From positions 64,001 to 128,000 of the forward strand of contig JBCCQQ010000002.1 in NCBI GenBank assembly GCA_039024555.1: a DNA stretch of 64,000 bases, read 5' to 3'. The stretch comes from Cyanobacteria bacterium P01_D01_bin.156. Its GTDB lineage: Bacteria > Cyanobacteriota > Cyanobacteriia > Phormidesmidales > Phormidesmidaceae. Positions 27,940 through 38,179 of this stretch are shown here, in pieces. Numbering within the stretch: the first letter of the stretch is position 1; each line of letters begins with the position of its first letter. The notes below the pieces were generated by a model that did not search any database, was not told the DNA's origin, and saw only the letters and a program-made list of their open reading frames with translations. The position numbers were made by a program, and so were the translations under genes.

Positions 27940-28869
27940 TCATCTGACCATGGTTTTTTTCTCAATTACTTGATTCTCACTACACCTTTGCTCCGACTTT
28001 TCCTTTGAAAAACGCCAGTTATATTTCTTTTTAGATATAGCTATAAGAAAGAAAATAAAATCACCGCCTACAGTTATAAATCGAGTTATCAAAACAGATG
28101 CTAATAGCTGAGGCTCTGAAAAGTAGGCACCTAAGAGAAACATTAAAACCAATTCACGAATTCCAGCACCCGCAGGTGCTCCCGGTGTCACTAAACCGAT
28201 CAGCCAAGCAACTATATATGCCGCAATAAGTTGAATGTTAGAAATGGGTATAACCGGTGAGGATAGCGTCCTTAGAACAACAACAAAATTCACTCCTGTC
28301 AAAGTTAGAAAAAGTATCTGCAGCAGGAGCGCATGCATTAATGCTGTTCCAAATAGCTTTTTAACAAGGGCCGTTGCAATAACAAGCACAGCGACAAAGG
28401 AGACTGTCGCCCAAAACACCGATATCGTCTCCAATCGAAGAGGCAAGACTAGCAGTATAAAAAAGGTTCCCGAACATGCAAGTAAGCCAAGCTCCCAGAC
28501 TATTGACTTAGCTACACGAAACCCTGGTAAACCCATGGACATACCAAGAGCTTGCCTACCCGTTAGATGAAGAATATTACCCGGAACATACTTAACTAAC
28601 TGAGAAAGGCCATAAATCTCTGATGCATCATCCTGATTAATATATACGCCCAAAAACCTTAAAATTCGCCGCCAGGAAATAGCTAGTAAAAAGTTAAAAG
28701 TACCAAATACAAATACTAATAAAATACCAAGTGCTATTTCTGAAACCTGAAACTGTTTATAGTCTATGTTGACCGCATATTCTTGAATATATCTGAAAAC
28801 AAATACGGTACTAATTAAACATAAGCTGAAGCCTACATAGCTGAGAACCTTTTTGATACTAGAATTCAT
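27940..28869 (-). CDS. Lysylphosphatidylglycerol synthase TM-like / flippase-like protein (UPF0104)
   Basis: SQLVKYVPG, PGAPAGAGIRE and a terminal LITR pattern. Confidence 0.8.
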   Translation of the reverse strand: MNSSIKKVLSYVGFSLCLISTVFVFRYIQEYAVNIDYKQFQVSEIALGILLVFVFGTFNFLLAISWRRILRFLGVYINQDDASEIYGLSQLVKYVPGNILHLTGRQALGMSMGLPGFRVAKSIVWELGLLACSGTFFILLVLPLRLETISVFWATVSFVAVLVIATALVKKLFGTALMHALLLQILFLTLTGVNFVVVLRTLSSPVIPISNIQLIAAYIVAWLIGLVTPGAPAGAGIRELVLMFLLGAYFSEPQLLASVLITRFITVGGDFIFFLIAISKKKYNWRFSKEKSEQRCSENQVIEKKTMVR

Positions 28870-29532
28870 GCAACATGTATTCCAACTAAACGTGCTTTAT
28901 CAAATTAGATACTTTTTATAGAATAGAAAGTCTGACTTTGAATACTTGAATTGCCCAACCTCAAATTTGTCTCATCTATTGCTTCGCCTTGAGGTTCTTG
29001 GTCATATTAAAGCGTGCATTACCACATACACTTATCCGACAATGGAAATGAGGTTAATATTTACATCTCCAAGTTTGCATCAAGCCTTTGGTGGCTCAAT
29101 CTTGCTATAAAGCTCTCTGCAAGAAAGCCCCTCACTCTGAACTTAACTTCTTATGGCTCTCACTTTTTGAGTATCCTTATACCATATCAGACTGTAATCA
29201 TTAGTATCGCTACTGCCGGAGAAGTAATAGATATTTGGCTCTCGCTTACGTGATTTACAGCAATCAAGCATTGGCATTATTCAATTATTTGCATTATTTA
29301 GATAATAACTTTCATCCCATTAAAACCTCTCAGTTCAATAAAGCAGTCTTTCTATATTGGGAATAGTTTTTTAGATGTCTTTAGGATAAAGAAACTAGCA
29401 CGTCTCTAACTATCCAGCCATCCTACTCTTTAGAGATAAAGGTCTTTGTTAGCAAAGTTATTCGGGCAATTTTCATTGCATCAAATCTGAGATTTACGCT
29501 CCAAGGTCGTAATTACTAAAGCGGAATTAGCT

Positions 29533-30708
29533 TCATATTTTTTGTGGGGTTGATATTGCCACTCTTAATTCCCTTGCTACAGTCTCAATGTGGTCCAAAG
29601 TTAATTCTGGCCACATTGGCAAACTCAGCACCTGTTGAGCTAATTGATTGTTAACTGCAAGCTCAGGATATTCTCCAGCATAGACCGGCAGTTTATCCTG
29701 GGGAATCGGATAGTAGACCATAGCACCAATACCTGCGTCTAAAAGAGCTTTGTGTGTTAGGTCGCGACCTTGTTCCAAGATGCGCACCGTATATTGGTGA
29801 AACACATGCCCTGTAGACGGAGTGGGCGTAATCACGCCATCCATACCTGCTAAGAGACGACTGTAGTTCTCGGCAACCCAACGCCGTTTGCTATTCCAAT
29901 CGTCGATGTAGCGTAGTTTAACGCGTAGAATAGCGGCCTGGATGGCATCTAAACGCGAGTTGTAACCCAGCCTCAGATTTTTATAGCGTTCTTTAGCTCC
30001 ATGCACCCTCAGCATTCGGGCCATCTCGGCAATTTCGTCATCGTCAGTCGTAATGAGCCCCGCATCGCCATAGGCACCTAAATTCTTGGTGGGAAAAAAT
30101 GAAAACGCACCCACATGCCCTATGGTGCCGACGTAGCGCCCCATTAATCGGTCTCGTAGGCTACCGTCACAACTCTGGCAACAACCAGAACAGTCTCCTT
30201 GATAAGTTGCACCAAACGCTTGGGCGCAGTCTTCAATCACCTTGAGATTATGGCTATTTGCAATTTCCATAATCTGAGCCATGGCAGCTGGATTGCCATA
30301 CAAATGTACTGGCATGATTGCCTTGGTTTTCGGCGTAATCGCTGCCGCAATTAGGTTCGGATCTATATTAAATGTATCGGGCCGAATATCTACAAACACC
30401 GGCTTAGCGCCGACACTGCTAATGGATTCTGCCGTCGCAAAAAAGCTAAAGGGCGTGGTAATTACTTCATCCCCCGGCAAAATTCCCATGGACCGCAAGC
30501 CAATCACCAGGGCATCGGTTCCCGAATTGACACCAATGGCATGTTTCACCCCTAAATAAGCAGCGGCCTCCGTTTCAAATGCTTGCACTTGAGGCCCCAG
30601 AATAAATTGCCCTGACTCCAACACCTCATTAATTGCCGCTTGAATTTCATCCTTAATAGCCTGGTACTGAGGCTTCAAGTTCAAAATAGGGATTTTAATT
30701 TGACTCAC
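29533..30708 (-). CDS. DegT/DnrJ/EryC1/StrS PLP-dependent sugar aminotransferase
   Basis: [47 protein letters not shown]. Confidence 0.93.
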   Translation of the reverse strand: MSQIKIPILNLKPQYQAIKDEIQAAINEVLESGQFILGPQVQAFETEAAAYLGVKHAIGVNSGTDALVIGLRSMGILPGDEVITTPFSFFATAESISSVGAKPVFVDIRPDTFNIDPNLIAAAITPKTKAIMPVHLYGNPAAMAQIMEIANSHNLKVIEDCAQAFGATYQGDCSGCCQSCDGSLRDRLMGRYVGTIGHVGAFSFFPTKNLGAYGDAGLITTDDDEIAEMARMLRVHGAKERYKNLRLGYNSRLDAIQAAILRVKLRYIDDWNSKRRWVAENYSRLLAGMDGVITPTPSTGHVFHQYTVRILEQGRDLTHKALLDAGIGAMVYYPIPQDKLPVYAGEYPELAVNNQLAQQVLSLPMWPELTLDHIETVARELRVAISTPQKI

Positions 30709-30785
30709 GGTAGTTACGGTTTAAGGGTCGGATGCAGGGAGGCTCTGCTCTAGAATCTTAGGACGATTTGTGTCGTCATTTTGCT

Positions 30786-31910
30786 ATGCGGATTGCGGTT
30801 GTCCATGAATGGCTTACTAGCCATGCCGGTTCTGAAAAGGTTGTGGAGCAAATTCTACAGATTTATCCACAGGCAGATTTATTTAGCCTGGTGGATTTTT
30901 TATCAGCCGAACAACGGCATTTCATTCAACACCGCTCGGTGCAAACATCGTTTATTCAGCAGTTACCGTTTGCTAAACGTGCTTTTAGGCAGTATTTGCC
31001 GCTCATGCCTTTGGCTGTGGAACAGTTTGATTTGTCGGCATACGATGTAGTGATATCCAGTAACCATGCCGTTGCTAAGGGTGTATTAACAGCCCCCCAT
31101 CAGTTGCACATTAGCTATATTCATACACCTATTCGTTATGCCTGGGATTTACAGCATCAGTACCTACGACAGGCAAATTTGGAACAAGGACCGAAAAGTG
31201 TATTAACTCGCTTGGTTTTACATTATCTACGGCTGTGGGATACGACTAGCGCCAATCGGGTGGATCGATTTGTAGCTAATTCTCACTTTATTGCCAAACG
31301 GATTTGGCGAGCATATCGTCGACCAGCTGAGGTGATTTATCCTCCGGTGGATGTATCTCGATTTGATTGGCGACAGCCTCGGGAGAATTTTTATCTGACT
31401 GTGTCACGGTTTGTTCCCTACAAGCGCGTAGATCTAACGGTGGCGGCTTTCAATCAGCTCGGCCTTCCCTTGATTGTGATTGGGGATGGTGCAGACAGGC
31501 AACAAATTGCGACGATGGCTGCATCTAATATTCGCTTTTTGGGCCAACAATCAGATGACGTTGTGACAGACTACATGCAACGATGTAAAGCCTTTATCTT
31601 TCCGGCGGAGGAAGATTTTGGCATTACTCCTGTTGAAGCTCAAGCAGCAGGGGCTCCAGTGATTGCCTTTGGACGCGGTGGGGTCACTGAAACAGTGATT
31701 CACGGCAAAACTGGGTTGCTGTTTTCAGAACAGACAGTTGACAGTCTGGTACAAGCCGTAAAATCCTTTGAAATGGGTATGTATGAATTAAGCCGAGATC
31801 ATCTCCGTCAACAAGCAGAGCAGTTTTCAATTGATTGCTTTCGCAAACAATTTTTTGATTGTGTTGAACGAACGTATACAGGCTTCTTGCAAGGTAATCC
31901 CTTAGAGTAA
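30786..31910 (+). CDS. Glycosyltransferase family 4 (WbaZ-like mannosyltransferase type)
   Basis: MRIAVVHEWL..AGSEKV, HTPIRYAWD, PYKRVDL, EDFGITPVEAQAAG. Confidence 0.9.
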   Translation: MRIAVVHEWLTSHAGSEKVVEQILQIYPQADLFSLVDFLSAEQRHFIQHRSVQTSFIQQLPFAKRAFRQYLPLMPLAVEQFDLSAYDVVISSNHAVAKGVLTAPHQLHISYIHTPIRYAWDLQHQYLRQANLEQGPKSVLTRLVLHYLRLWDTTSANRVDRFVANSHFIAKRIWRAYRRPAEVIYPPVDVSRFDWRQPRENFYLTVSRFVPYKRVDLTVAAFNQLGLPLIVIGDGADRQQIATMAASNIRFLGQQSDDVVTDYMQRCKAFIFPAEEDFGITPVEAQAAGAPVIAFGRGGVTETVIHGKTGLLFSEQTVDSLVQAVKSFEMGMYELSRDHLRQQAEQFSIDCFRKQFFDCVERTYTGFLQGNPLE

Positions 31911-31946
31911 TTAGGTTATCGCCTTCGGCCAGCCAGATTTAATACT

Positions 31947-33389
31947 ATGACGCTTTCTCAGCCGACTACACCGGCGATCGCACCCCTAAAAATAAACGCG
32001 CATCCCAGTTATATGGTGACGGCGTTGGTTGTAAGCGATACCGTATGCCTCAGTCTTGCGGGCATTGCCAGCGTTTATATTCGACTCTGGTTCAATGGCC
32101 AGTACTCACCTTCGCTTTATTGGGAACTCTGGCCACTCATTGGTTTATTTGTACTTGGCTATGGTCTCTCAGGATTGTATCCAGGTCATTGCCTTGGTCC
32201 TGTCGAAGAACTACGGCGGCTCACCCTAACGACGACACTGCTCTACTTAACCCTAGGTTCGGCAATCTTTCTGTTTCGAGATTTAGAACTCTATTCCCGA
32301 GCAGCCTTTCTCATGGCCTGGGGTCTGTCCATTATTTTGCCCCTGCTAGGGCGCTACATATTACGCGCATTGGTGGCGAAACGTTCTTGGTGGGGCTACC
32401 CAGTCCTAGTACTAGGAGCAGGAGAAACAGGAGCACTGGTCATTCGTACCCTGCAGCGCCAACCGGCTCTAGGATTAAAGCCTGTAGCCGTGCTCGATGA
32501 TGATGTCAGCAAGCATGGCGTCCTAGAAGGAGTCCCCGTCATTGGGAATTTGGCCCAGGCACCTCTACTCGCCGATCGGGACCAAATTCCCTATGCCATT
32601 GTGGCCATGCCAGGTGTGCATCGCGATCGCTTACTGTACATTGCCCAACGCTACGGTCGGGCATTTCCCCATCTGCTCATTATTCCCGATCTGTTTGGCA
32701 TGGCTAGTCTTTGGGTTGCTGCCCGGGACCTGGGGGGTGTTTTGGGACTAGAGTCTCGACAACAGCTTTTGCTACCTGGCCCCAAATTCACGAAGAATTT
32801 ACTGGACCAGTGCTTGACCGTCATTGTTGGCCTGGTTTGCCTACCGTTGATTGTGCTCATTGCTCTGGCCATTCGCCTCGATTCAACGGGACCCATTTTT
32901 TATGCCCAAGTTCGGGTTGGCCGCCGGGGTCGCCCCTTTAGGGCTTGGAAATTTCGCACAATGGTGCCAAATGCGGATCAGGTTCTCAAAGACTATTTAC
33001 AAGATCGACCTGAATTACGTACACATTGGGATAAGGATCGAAAACTCAAATACGATCCTCGTATTACCCGTTTAGGGCGATGGCTACGACGCACGAGCCT
33101 AGACGAGCTCCCTCAACTCTGGAATGTTTTACGGGGAGAAATGAGTTTAGTAGGTCCTCGCCCCATCGTGCATGAAGAGGTTTACCTATATGCCGATAAG
33201 TTTGAACTCTATACCCAGGTCTTACCCGGTTTAACTGGCCTCTGGCAGGTGTCAGGACGCAATAACATCACCTATGAAGAACGGGTCAATTTGGATGCAT
33301 ACTACGTGCGTAACTGGTCGGTATGGTTAGACCTGTATATTCTTATTCGTACGGTTTGGGTGGTGATCCTTGGGGACGGCGCATATTAG
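31947..33389 (+). CDS. wbaP: Initiating undecaprenyl-phosphate hexose-1-phosphate transferase
   Basis: N-terminal TM helices; KFRTM, DPRITRLG, RTSLDELPQLWNVLRGEMSLVGPRP, PGLTGLWQVSGRN. Confidence 0.92.
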   Translation: MTLSQPTTPAIAPLKINAHPSYMVTALVVSDTVCLSLAGIASVYIRLWFNGQYSPSLYWELWPLIGLFVLGYGLSGLYPGHCLGPVEELRRLTLTTTLLYLTLGSAIFLFRDLELYSRAAFLMAWGLSIILPLLGRYILRALVAKRSWWGYPVLVLGAGETGALVIRTLQRQPALGLKPVAVLDDDVSKHGVLEGVPVIGNLAQAPLLADRDQIPYAIVAMPGVHRDRLLYIAQRYGRAFPHLLIIPDLFGMASLWVAARDLGGVLGLESRQQLLLPGPKFTKNLLDQCLTVIVGLVCLPLIVLIALAIRLDSTGPIFYAQVRVGRRGRPFRAWKFRTMVPNADQVLKDYLQDRPELRTHWDKDRKLKYDPRITRLGRWLRRTSLDELPQLWNVLRGEMSLVGPRPIVHEEVYLYADKFELYTQVLPGLTGLWQVSGRNNITYEERVNLDAYYVRNWSVWLDLYILIRTVWVVILGDGAY

Positions 33390-33486
33390 ATTCCCAAGGG
33401 CAGATCTCATACAATCAGCACCCAGCGCACAAACAATACTTTGATCAGACGAACAGTGCGTCGATCAAGCTCCTCAACATGAACTT

Positions 33487-34761
33487 ATGAGCCACCCTCA
33501 TCCAATCCAGCCTAGAAATAAGCTACTCGCTACATTGCATTTTGCCGCTGGGAAACCTGAATGGATTTGGATTACGGCATTGATTATCTTGCCATTTGCC
33601 AGCTATCTCAGCCTGGCTATTTTGATCGCTTTGATACTCGGAGCTCTGGGAAAACGCTACGGTCAAGTGTTGCGTTTGTTAGGCCACCAGGGTTATGGTT
33701 TGCTCACCCTAGGCCTGGTTTTCAGTGCCGGGTTTTCAGTAAGTCCTGGTGATAGTTGGTTACAGCTCGCTAATTTTCTACCCTACTTTTTGCTCGTGGG
33801 TGTGTTAGCTACGGCTCCCCGCTGGCAATACCAAACAGTCTTCACCAATGCCGCCAAAGCTTTAGTGTTGGGCTCTCTCCCCTTTAGTATTGCGGCCCTG
33901 ATTGAATACATTGTTCGATTTCCCTCCGTCACTGCCAAGGTGAGAGATTGGCCAATTTTCCACTGGATCTTTGACGTCAGTTTTAATGGCCATCGGGCCC
34001 ATGCAGGTCTGAGTCATCCCAATATCTTGGGTAATTACCTAGTGATTATTTTGGGATTAGGGCTAGGTTTGTTGCTACTGAACCGCCATGCTCGCACCCA
34101 ATTATCTCAGTCGATGACGGCTCTAGTCGCAGTTGCTGTCACCTTGGCTGGGATGGGAATTTTCTTTACCAGCTCTCGAAATAGTCTGATCGCCGCCGTT
34201 GCTTTATTACTGATTGCGGGCTATGGGGCACGGCGATATCGATGGATGTGGCTAGTTGGGTTTGGGATTGTGGGAGCGATCGCAACCGGGTTAGCCATCA
34301 TGGGGTTTGGCGGTCGTGCTCTTACTCTGGCCCTCTTTACCAATGACCCTCGGGTCACCGCTTGGCAAATTGCCCTAGAGCTGATTCAGCAGCGGCCCCT
34401 CGTCGGCTGGGGATTAGGCGGTTTTAGCCATGAATATGTGCCCTTTAGCGTCACCGATCATGAACGGCTATTTCATCCTCATAATCTTTGGCTTTATCTA
34501 GCCTGTGATACCGGCATACCCACTATGCTGCTGGCCTGCTGGGTGATCGGACGTACCTATGTATCGGGCATCCGTCGTGCTCTATCCAGCTCCACACCGA
34601 CCATTCTCCTCAGCTACTTACTGGCCTTTACCGGATGCATCTTATTTGCTCTATTTGATGTCACCTTATTTGATGCTCGCATTAACGTTTTGAGCTGGTT
34701 CTTAGTAGCCGGTATGGGCATTTTGGCTGGCCAAAATGCTCAACAGCCAACGGCTAAATAA
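33487..34761 (+). CDS. O-antigen ligase family (WaaL/IctB-like) membrane protein
   Basis: HPNILG, TSSR, R...WQIAL...PLVGWGLG, HPHNLWL. Confidence 0.85.
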   Translation: MSHPHPIQPRNKLLATLHFAAGKPEWIWITALIILPFASYLSLAILIALILGALGKRYGQVLRLLGHQGYGLLTLGLVFSAGFSVSPGDSWLQLANFLPYFLLVGVLATAPRWQYQTVFTNAAKALVLGSLPFSIAALIEYIVRFPSVTAKVRDWPIFHWIFDVSFNGHRAHAGLSHPNILGNYLVIILGLGLGLLLLNRHARTQLSQSMTALVAVAVTLAGMGIFFTSSRNSLIAAVALLLIAGYGARRYRWMWLVGFGIVGAIATGLAIMGFGGRALTLALFTNDPRVTAWQIALELIQQRPLVGWGLGGFSHEYVPFSVTDHERLFHPHNLWLYLACDTGIPTMLLACWVIGRTYVSGIRRALSSSTPTILLSYLLAFTGCILFALFDVTLFDARINVLSWFLVAGMGILAGQNAQQPTAK

Positions 34762-34796
34762 GCCGTCATGGTTGACCCATGACGGCTTATTTAGCC
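34752..34796. terminator. Perfect 20 bp inverted repeat overlapping the ligase stop codon
   Basis: ggctaaataagccgtcatgg-ttgac-ccatgacggcttatttagcc. Confidence 0.65.
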
Positions 34797-34812
34797 ACCC
34801 TAAATTCTGACT

Positions 34813-34860
34813 AAAGCGAGGGGTCGACCCAGGTTGCAATCTAGGTCGGCCCCTCGCTTT
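34813..34860. terminator. Long hairpin, probable terminator between convergent ligase and petL
   Basis: aaagcgaggggtcgacc...ggtcggcccctcgcttt (17 bp, one G:T). Confidence 0.65.
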
Positions 34861-34918
34861 GTAAGTAATAAAACTCTACCTTAACTAGCCTAGGAGTATG
34901 GCAGATCTAAACGGTGTT

Positions 34919-35014
34919 CTAGATTAACTTCACAGCCTTTAAACCATAGTAAAGACCAATGCCAGCACCTGCCGCACCAAACAAAATGACCAAATAAACC
35001 GCTGCTCCAGCCAT
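34919..35014 (-). CDS. petL: Cytochrome b6f complex subunit VI
   Basis: Hand translation MAGAAVYLVILFGAAGAGIGLYYGLKAVKLI* (31 aa): one TM helix, typical GL(K/R)AVKLI end, AAGGAG RBS. Not in the ORF track. Confidence 0.9.
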   Translation of the reverse strand: MAGAAVYLVILFGAAGAGIGLYYGLKAVKLI

Positions 35015-35189
35015 CACCAAACTCCTTATTAAAAAGAAAAAAAGCTGTATAGCTTCTTATTGAATCATGTTCATCGACGGTTTGTCCTCCAGAGAACATT
35101 GGTTATGTCAGCTATGCACCACGCTCAATGTGAACCTCTGGGGCTAGAATGGAAAACCTAGCAATTTTTCGGTCATACAGGAACAGCTC

Positions 35190-36593
35190 ATGAGCAAGGG
35201 CACGCTATTCGATAAAGTTTGGGATTTGCACACAGTCACCACCTTACCGTCTGGGCAGACTCAGCTTTTTATCGGTCTGCACCTGATCCACGAGGTCACG
35301 AGTCCCCAAGCCTTTGCCATGCTGCGCGATCGCAACCTAAAGGTGATGTTTCCTGAGCGCACTGTCGCGACCGTTGACCACATTGTCCCAACAGAGAATC
35401 AGGCTAGACCCTTTGCTGATAGCCTCGCGGAGGACATGATCGTTGCGCTGGAAAATAATACCAAGACAAACGATATTCCCTTTTTTAATGTGGGGTCTGG
35501 CAACCAGGGCATCGTCCATGTAATTGCCCCGGAACAAGGGCTGACACAGCCCGGTATGACCATCGCCTGTGGTGATAGTCACACGTCTACCCATGGTGCT
35601 TTTGGGGCGATCGCCTTCGGCATTGGTACCAGTCAGGTACGTGATGTGCTAGCCTCCCAAACCCTTTCCCTAGATAAGCTCAAAGTTCGCCGCATTGAGG
35701 TCAATGGCTCTTTAGCCCCCGGTGTTTATGCCAAAGACGTTATTCTGCACATCATTCGTGCCCTAGGAGCAAAAGGTGGAGCGGGCTATGCCTACGAGTA
35801 TGCTGGCAGCGCCATTGAAGCCATGTCCATGGAAGAGCGCATGACCCTCTGCAATATGTCTATTGAAGGGGGTGCCCGCTGCGGTTACGTCAATCCAGAC
35901 CAAACTACCTACAGCTACCTAAAGAAACGTAAATTTGCCCCCCAAGGCAATACTTTTGAGCAGGCTGTCACCTGGTGGGAAAGTTTGCGTAGCGATGCAG
36001 ACGCCACCTACGACGATGTTGTTGTATTCAACGCCCAAGACATTGCCCCCACAGTGACCTGGGGCATCAGCCCCGACCAGGCTATTGGCGTTGACGAAAC
36101 CATTCCCCAACTGGCCTCATTTACCCCAGATGAGCAACCACTGATTCAAGAAGCCTACGCTTACATGGATCTTGCCCCTGGACAGCCTCTACTAGATACC
36201 CCCATCGATGTCTGTTTTATCGGCAGCTGCACCAATGGTCGGATTAGCGACCTGAGGGAAGCCGCCAAAGTCGCCCAAGGGCGTCATGTGGCTAAGGGTA
36301 TCAAAGCTTTTGTCGTATCTGGTTCAGAGCAGGTCAAGCAGCAAGCTGAATCCGAAGGGTTAGACAAGATTTTTCTCGAAGCCGGATTTGAATGGAGGGA
36401 GCCTGGGTGCTCCATGTGTCTGGCAATGAACCCCGATAAACTTCAGGGGCGTCAGATCAGCGCCTCATCCTCAAATCGCAACTTCAAGGGACGACAAGGG
36501 TCTGCTTCGGGCCGCACCCTACTCATGAGTCCAGCCATGGTGACCCTGGCAGCCATTAATGGCAAAGTTAGCGATGTTCGCAGTTTGCTGTAA
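35190..36593 (+). CDS. leuC: 3-isopropylmalate dehydratase large subunit
   Basis: [43 protein letters not shown]. Confidence 0.97.
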   Translation: MSKGTLFDKVWDLHTVTTLPSGQTQLFIGLHLIHEVTSPQAFAMLRDRNLKVMFPERTVATVDHIVPTENQARPFADSLAEDMIVALENNTKTNDIPFFNVGSGNQGIVHVIAPEQGLTQPGMTIACGDSHTSTHGAFGAIAFGIGTSQVRDVLASQTLSLDKLKVRRIEVNGSLAPGVYAKDVILHIIRALGAKGGAGYAYEYAGSAIEAMSMEERMTLCNMSIEGGARCGYVNPDQTTYSYLKKRKFAPQGNTFEQAVTWWESLRSDADATYDDVVVFNAQDIAPTVTWGISPDQAIGVDETIPQLASFTPDEQPLIQEAYAYMDLAPGQPLLDTPIDVCFIGSCTNGRISDLREAAKVAQGRHVAKGIKAFVVSGSEQVKQQAESEGLDKIFLEAGFEWREPGCSMCLAMNPDKLQGRQISASSSNRNFKGRQGSASGRTLLMSPAMVTLAAINGKVSDVRSLL

Positions 36594-36670
36594 GACATTC
36601 TGAACTGACACAACAATGTAAGCTGTAGGCCAGTCTGATTTTTTCATCTGGTCACATGTGAATCCTTAGG

Positions 36671-36701
36671 TCAAAAGGTTTTCCTTTTCTTAACCTTTTG
36701 A
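36671..36701 (+). terminator. Hairpin downstream of leuC
   Basis: tcaaaaggtt / aaccttttga, 10 bp stem. Confidence 0.4.
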
Positions 36702-36957
36702 TTATCTGGCGTTAATTTTTGCCCTTAATCATGCCAGTAATATCGACTAAGCGAGCATTGATTAACAGAAACTGCTGAGTCGAAGCATAGCTCTAGTTTT
36801 TTTTTGAAGTCGATGGCTATGCGTTGGGCTTGAAGGAGTGTGCTGGCAAGCAGCATTACTACTTTTTTAATTGGCAGCGTTATTAAACACTGTAATTAGT
36901 GAAAATACGTGTCTGCTATCGATTGCTCCATAGCATCATAAGGGCCTAGGTTTTTCT

Positions 36958-37617
36958 ATGTCAGTATCTCAGCTAACCCACAGAACTCGGTCATCCGACC
37001 AATATATCGCCCTACTCGAACAGCTGTATCACGAGCGTAACTTAACGCCGTTTACAGCAGGGCATAGTATCCCTCTTAGGCATGGTGAGATTTATATTAT
37101 TTGCCGAGGTATTGTTCAACTTCACACCATCCATCCTGACGGTAGTGAAACTCTTTTAGGATTAGCAGGCCCTTCCATGCCATTTGGCCTAAGTTTGACA
37201 AATGTTAGTCCATATTGGGCAACTGCACTGACTCAAGTAGATGTTCTTCCACTTTCCATTGCGGAGTTAGAGAATTCTCCCACATTAATGGCAGGGTTAT
37301 TTGCCCATCTCTCAAGACGGTTACAGCAGTCCGAAGCTTGGCTGGCTCTGTCAGGTAAGCGTCTGGTAGCGGATCGCCTGAGGCAGCTTTTAATCATGCT
37401 TGCCCAGGAATTTGGTCAGGTTGAAACCCAAGGTGTAAAACTCACGATTCGGCTGACTCATCATCAGTTAGCAACCGCCATTGGCACAACCCGAGTGACC
37501 GTAACGCGTTTATTGAGAGACTTTCGTAGGGAAGGATGGCTCAAGGTTAATCAGCGGTACTTAATTCTGCCCTTGAGTATGCTTAACGACACTGTAGGTA
37601 ACCGCGATAGATTATGA
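36958..37617 (+). CDS. Crp/Fnr-family transcriptional regulator
   Basis: C-terminal HTH LTHHQLATAIGTTRVTVTRLL; N-terminal cNMP-like beta domain. Confidence 0.9.
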   Translation: MSVSQLTHRTRSSDQYIALLEQLYHERNLTPFTAGHSIPLRHGEIYIICRGIVQLHTIHPDGSETLLGLAGPSMPFGLSLTNVSPYWATALTQVDVLPLSIAELENSPTLMAGLFAHLSRRLQQSEAWLALSGKRLVADRLRQLLIMLAQEFGQVETQGVKLTIRLTHHQLATAIGTTRVTVTRLLRDFRREGWLKVNQRYLILPLSMLNDTVGNRDRL

Positions 37618-37648
37618 AACTGCCCATAGTGAGGGGGTTGTTGACTAT

Positions 37649-37692
37649 TTAGTTGCAAGAATACAAGGCATTAGTTGCAAGAATACAAGGCA
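37649..37692. repeat. Perfect 22 bp tandem duplication
   Basis: ttagttgcaagaatacaaggca x2. Confidence 0.9.
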
Positions 37693-38179
37693 CACGAGGT
37701 ATTTAGCGGTCTGCTAGGTACCTTTTTTATTATTTCGATGCAAGATGTCGCTATCAAAATTGATTAACGACATCCTGCCATGTTCAACAAAATGAACAAT
37801 TCACCTAGGCTTAAGAGTTAACGCAGAGATATAAAGCCTAGTCAATTATTTGTCCTTAAAACCAGACTTCCCTTGAGGACCGGTGATACTCTGTGTAGCC
37901 ATAGCCACACCTTAAAGCTCAATTATTTATATTGCGATCTTCTAATCAAACAACTCAATTTGGGTAGTGAATTATTTAGCTGCTTAAGTTAAGCTGTCCC
38001 AAATAGGTCAAAATTGAGCTAATTTTTCCAAAAACTCGCTAGACATTTCACCATCAGGAATAGCTGAAAACGTTGGAAGCAAGTCATTGACTTGAGTCGT
38101 GGATTTTTAGTATCTATGGCTGCTTCTCTGCATCTATAGATACCGCCACCGAAACTATCACATCAAGCATTTATTTTTT

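Noticed and set aside
29206..29218. ops-like GGCAGTAGCG on the minus strand
   Set aside because: Mismatch to GGCGGTAG, no JUMPStart context, and RfaH is not established in cyanobacteria.
29014..29253. 79 aa ORF in the AT-rich gap
   Set aside because: GTG start, no RBS or motif; cannot be supported, though a gene remnant is not excluded.
29533..30708. DegT gene as GDP-perosamine synthase partnering Gmd
   Set aside because: Its motifs ([17 protein letters not shown]) fit the WbpE/FdtB-like group rather than the GNKxxTTGEGG type.
32045..33075. Several alternative-frame ORFs within wbaP
   Set aside because: Overlap a well-supported gene; no motifs.
34890..35099. 69 aa minus-strand ORF
   Set aside because: Wrong frame; petL is the credible gene here.
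37649..37692. 22 bp repeat as a mini CRISPR
   Set aside because: No spacer, only two units, no cas genes.
37895..38123. NtcA-like boxes GTA-N8-CAC (37895) and GTA-N8-TGC (38110) upstream of the phosphorylase
   Set aside because: Imperfect, and no properly spaced -10 element.
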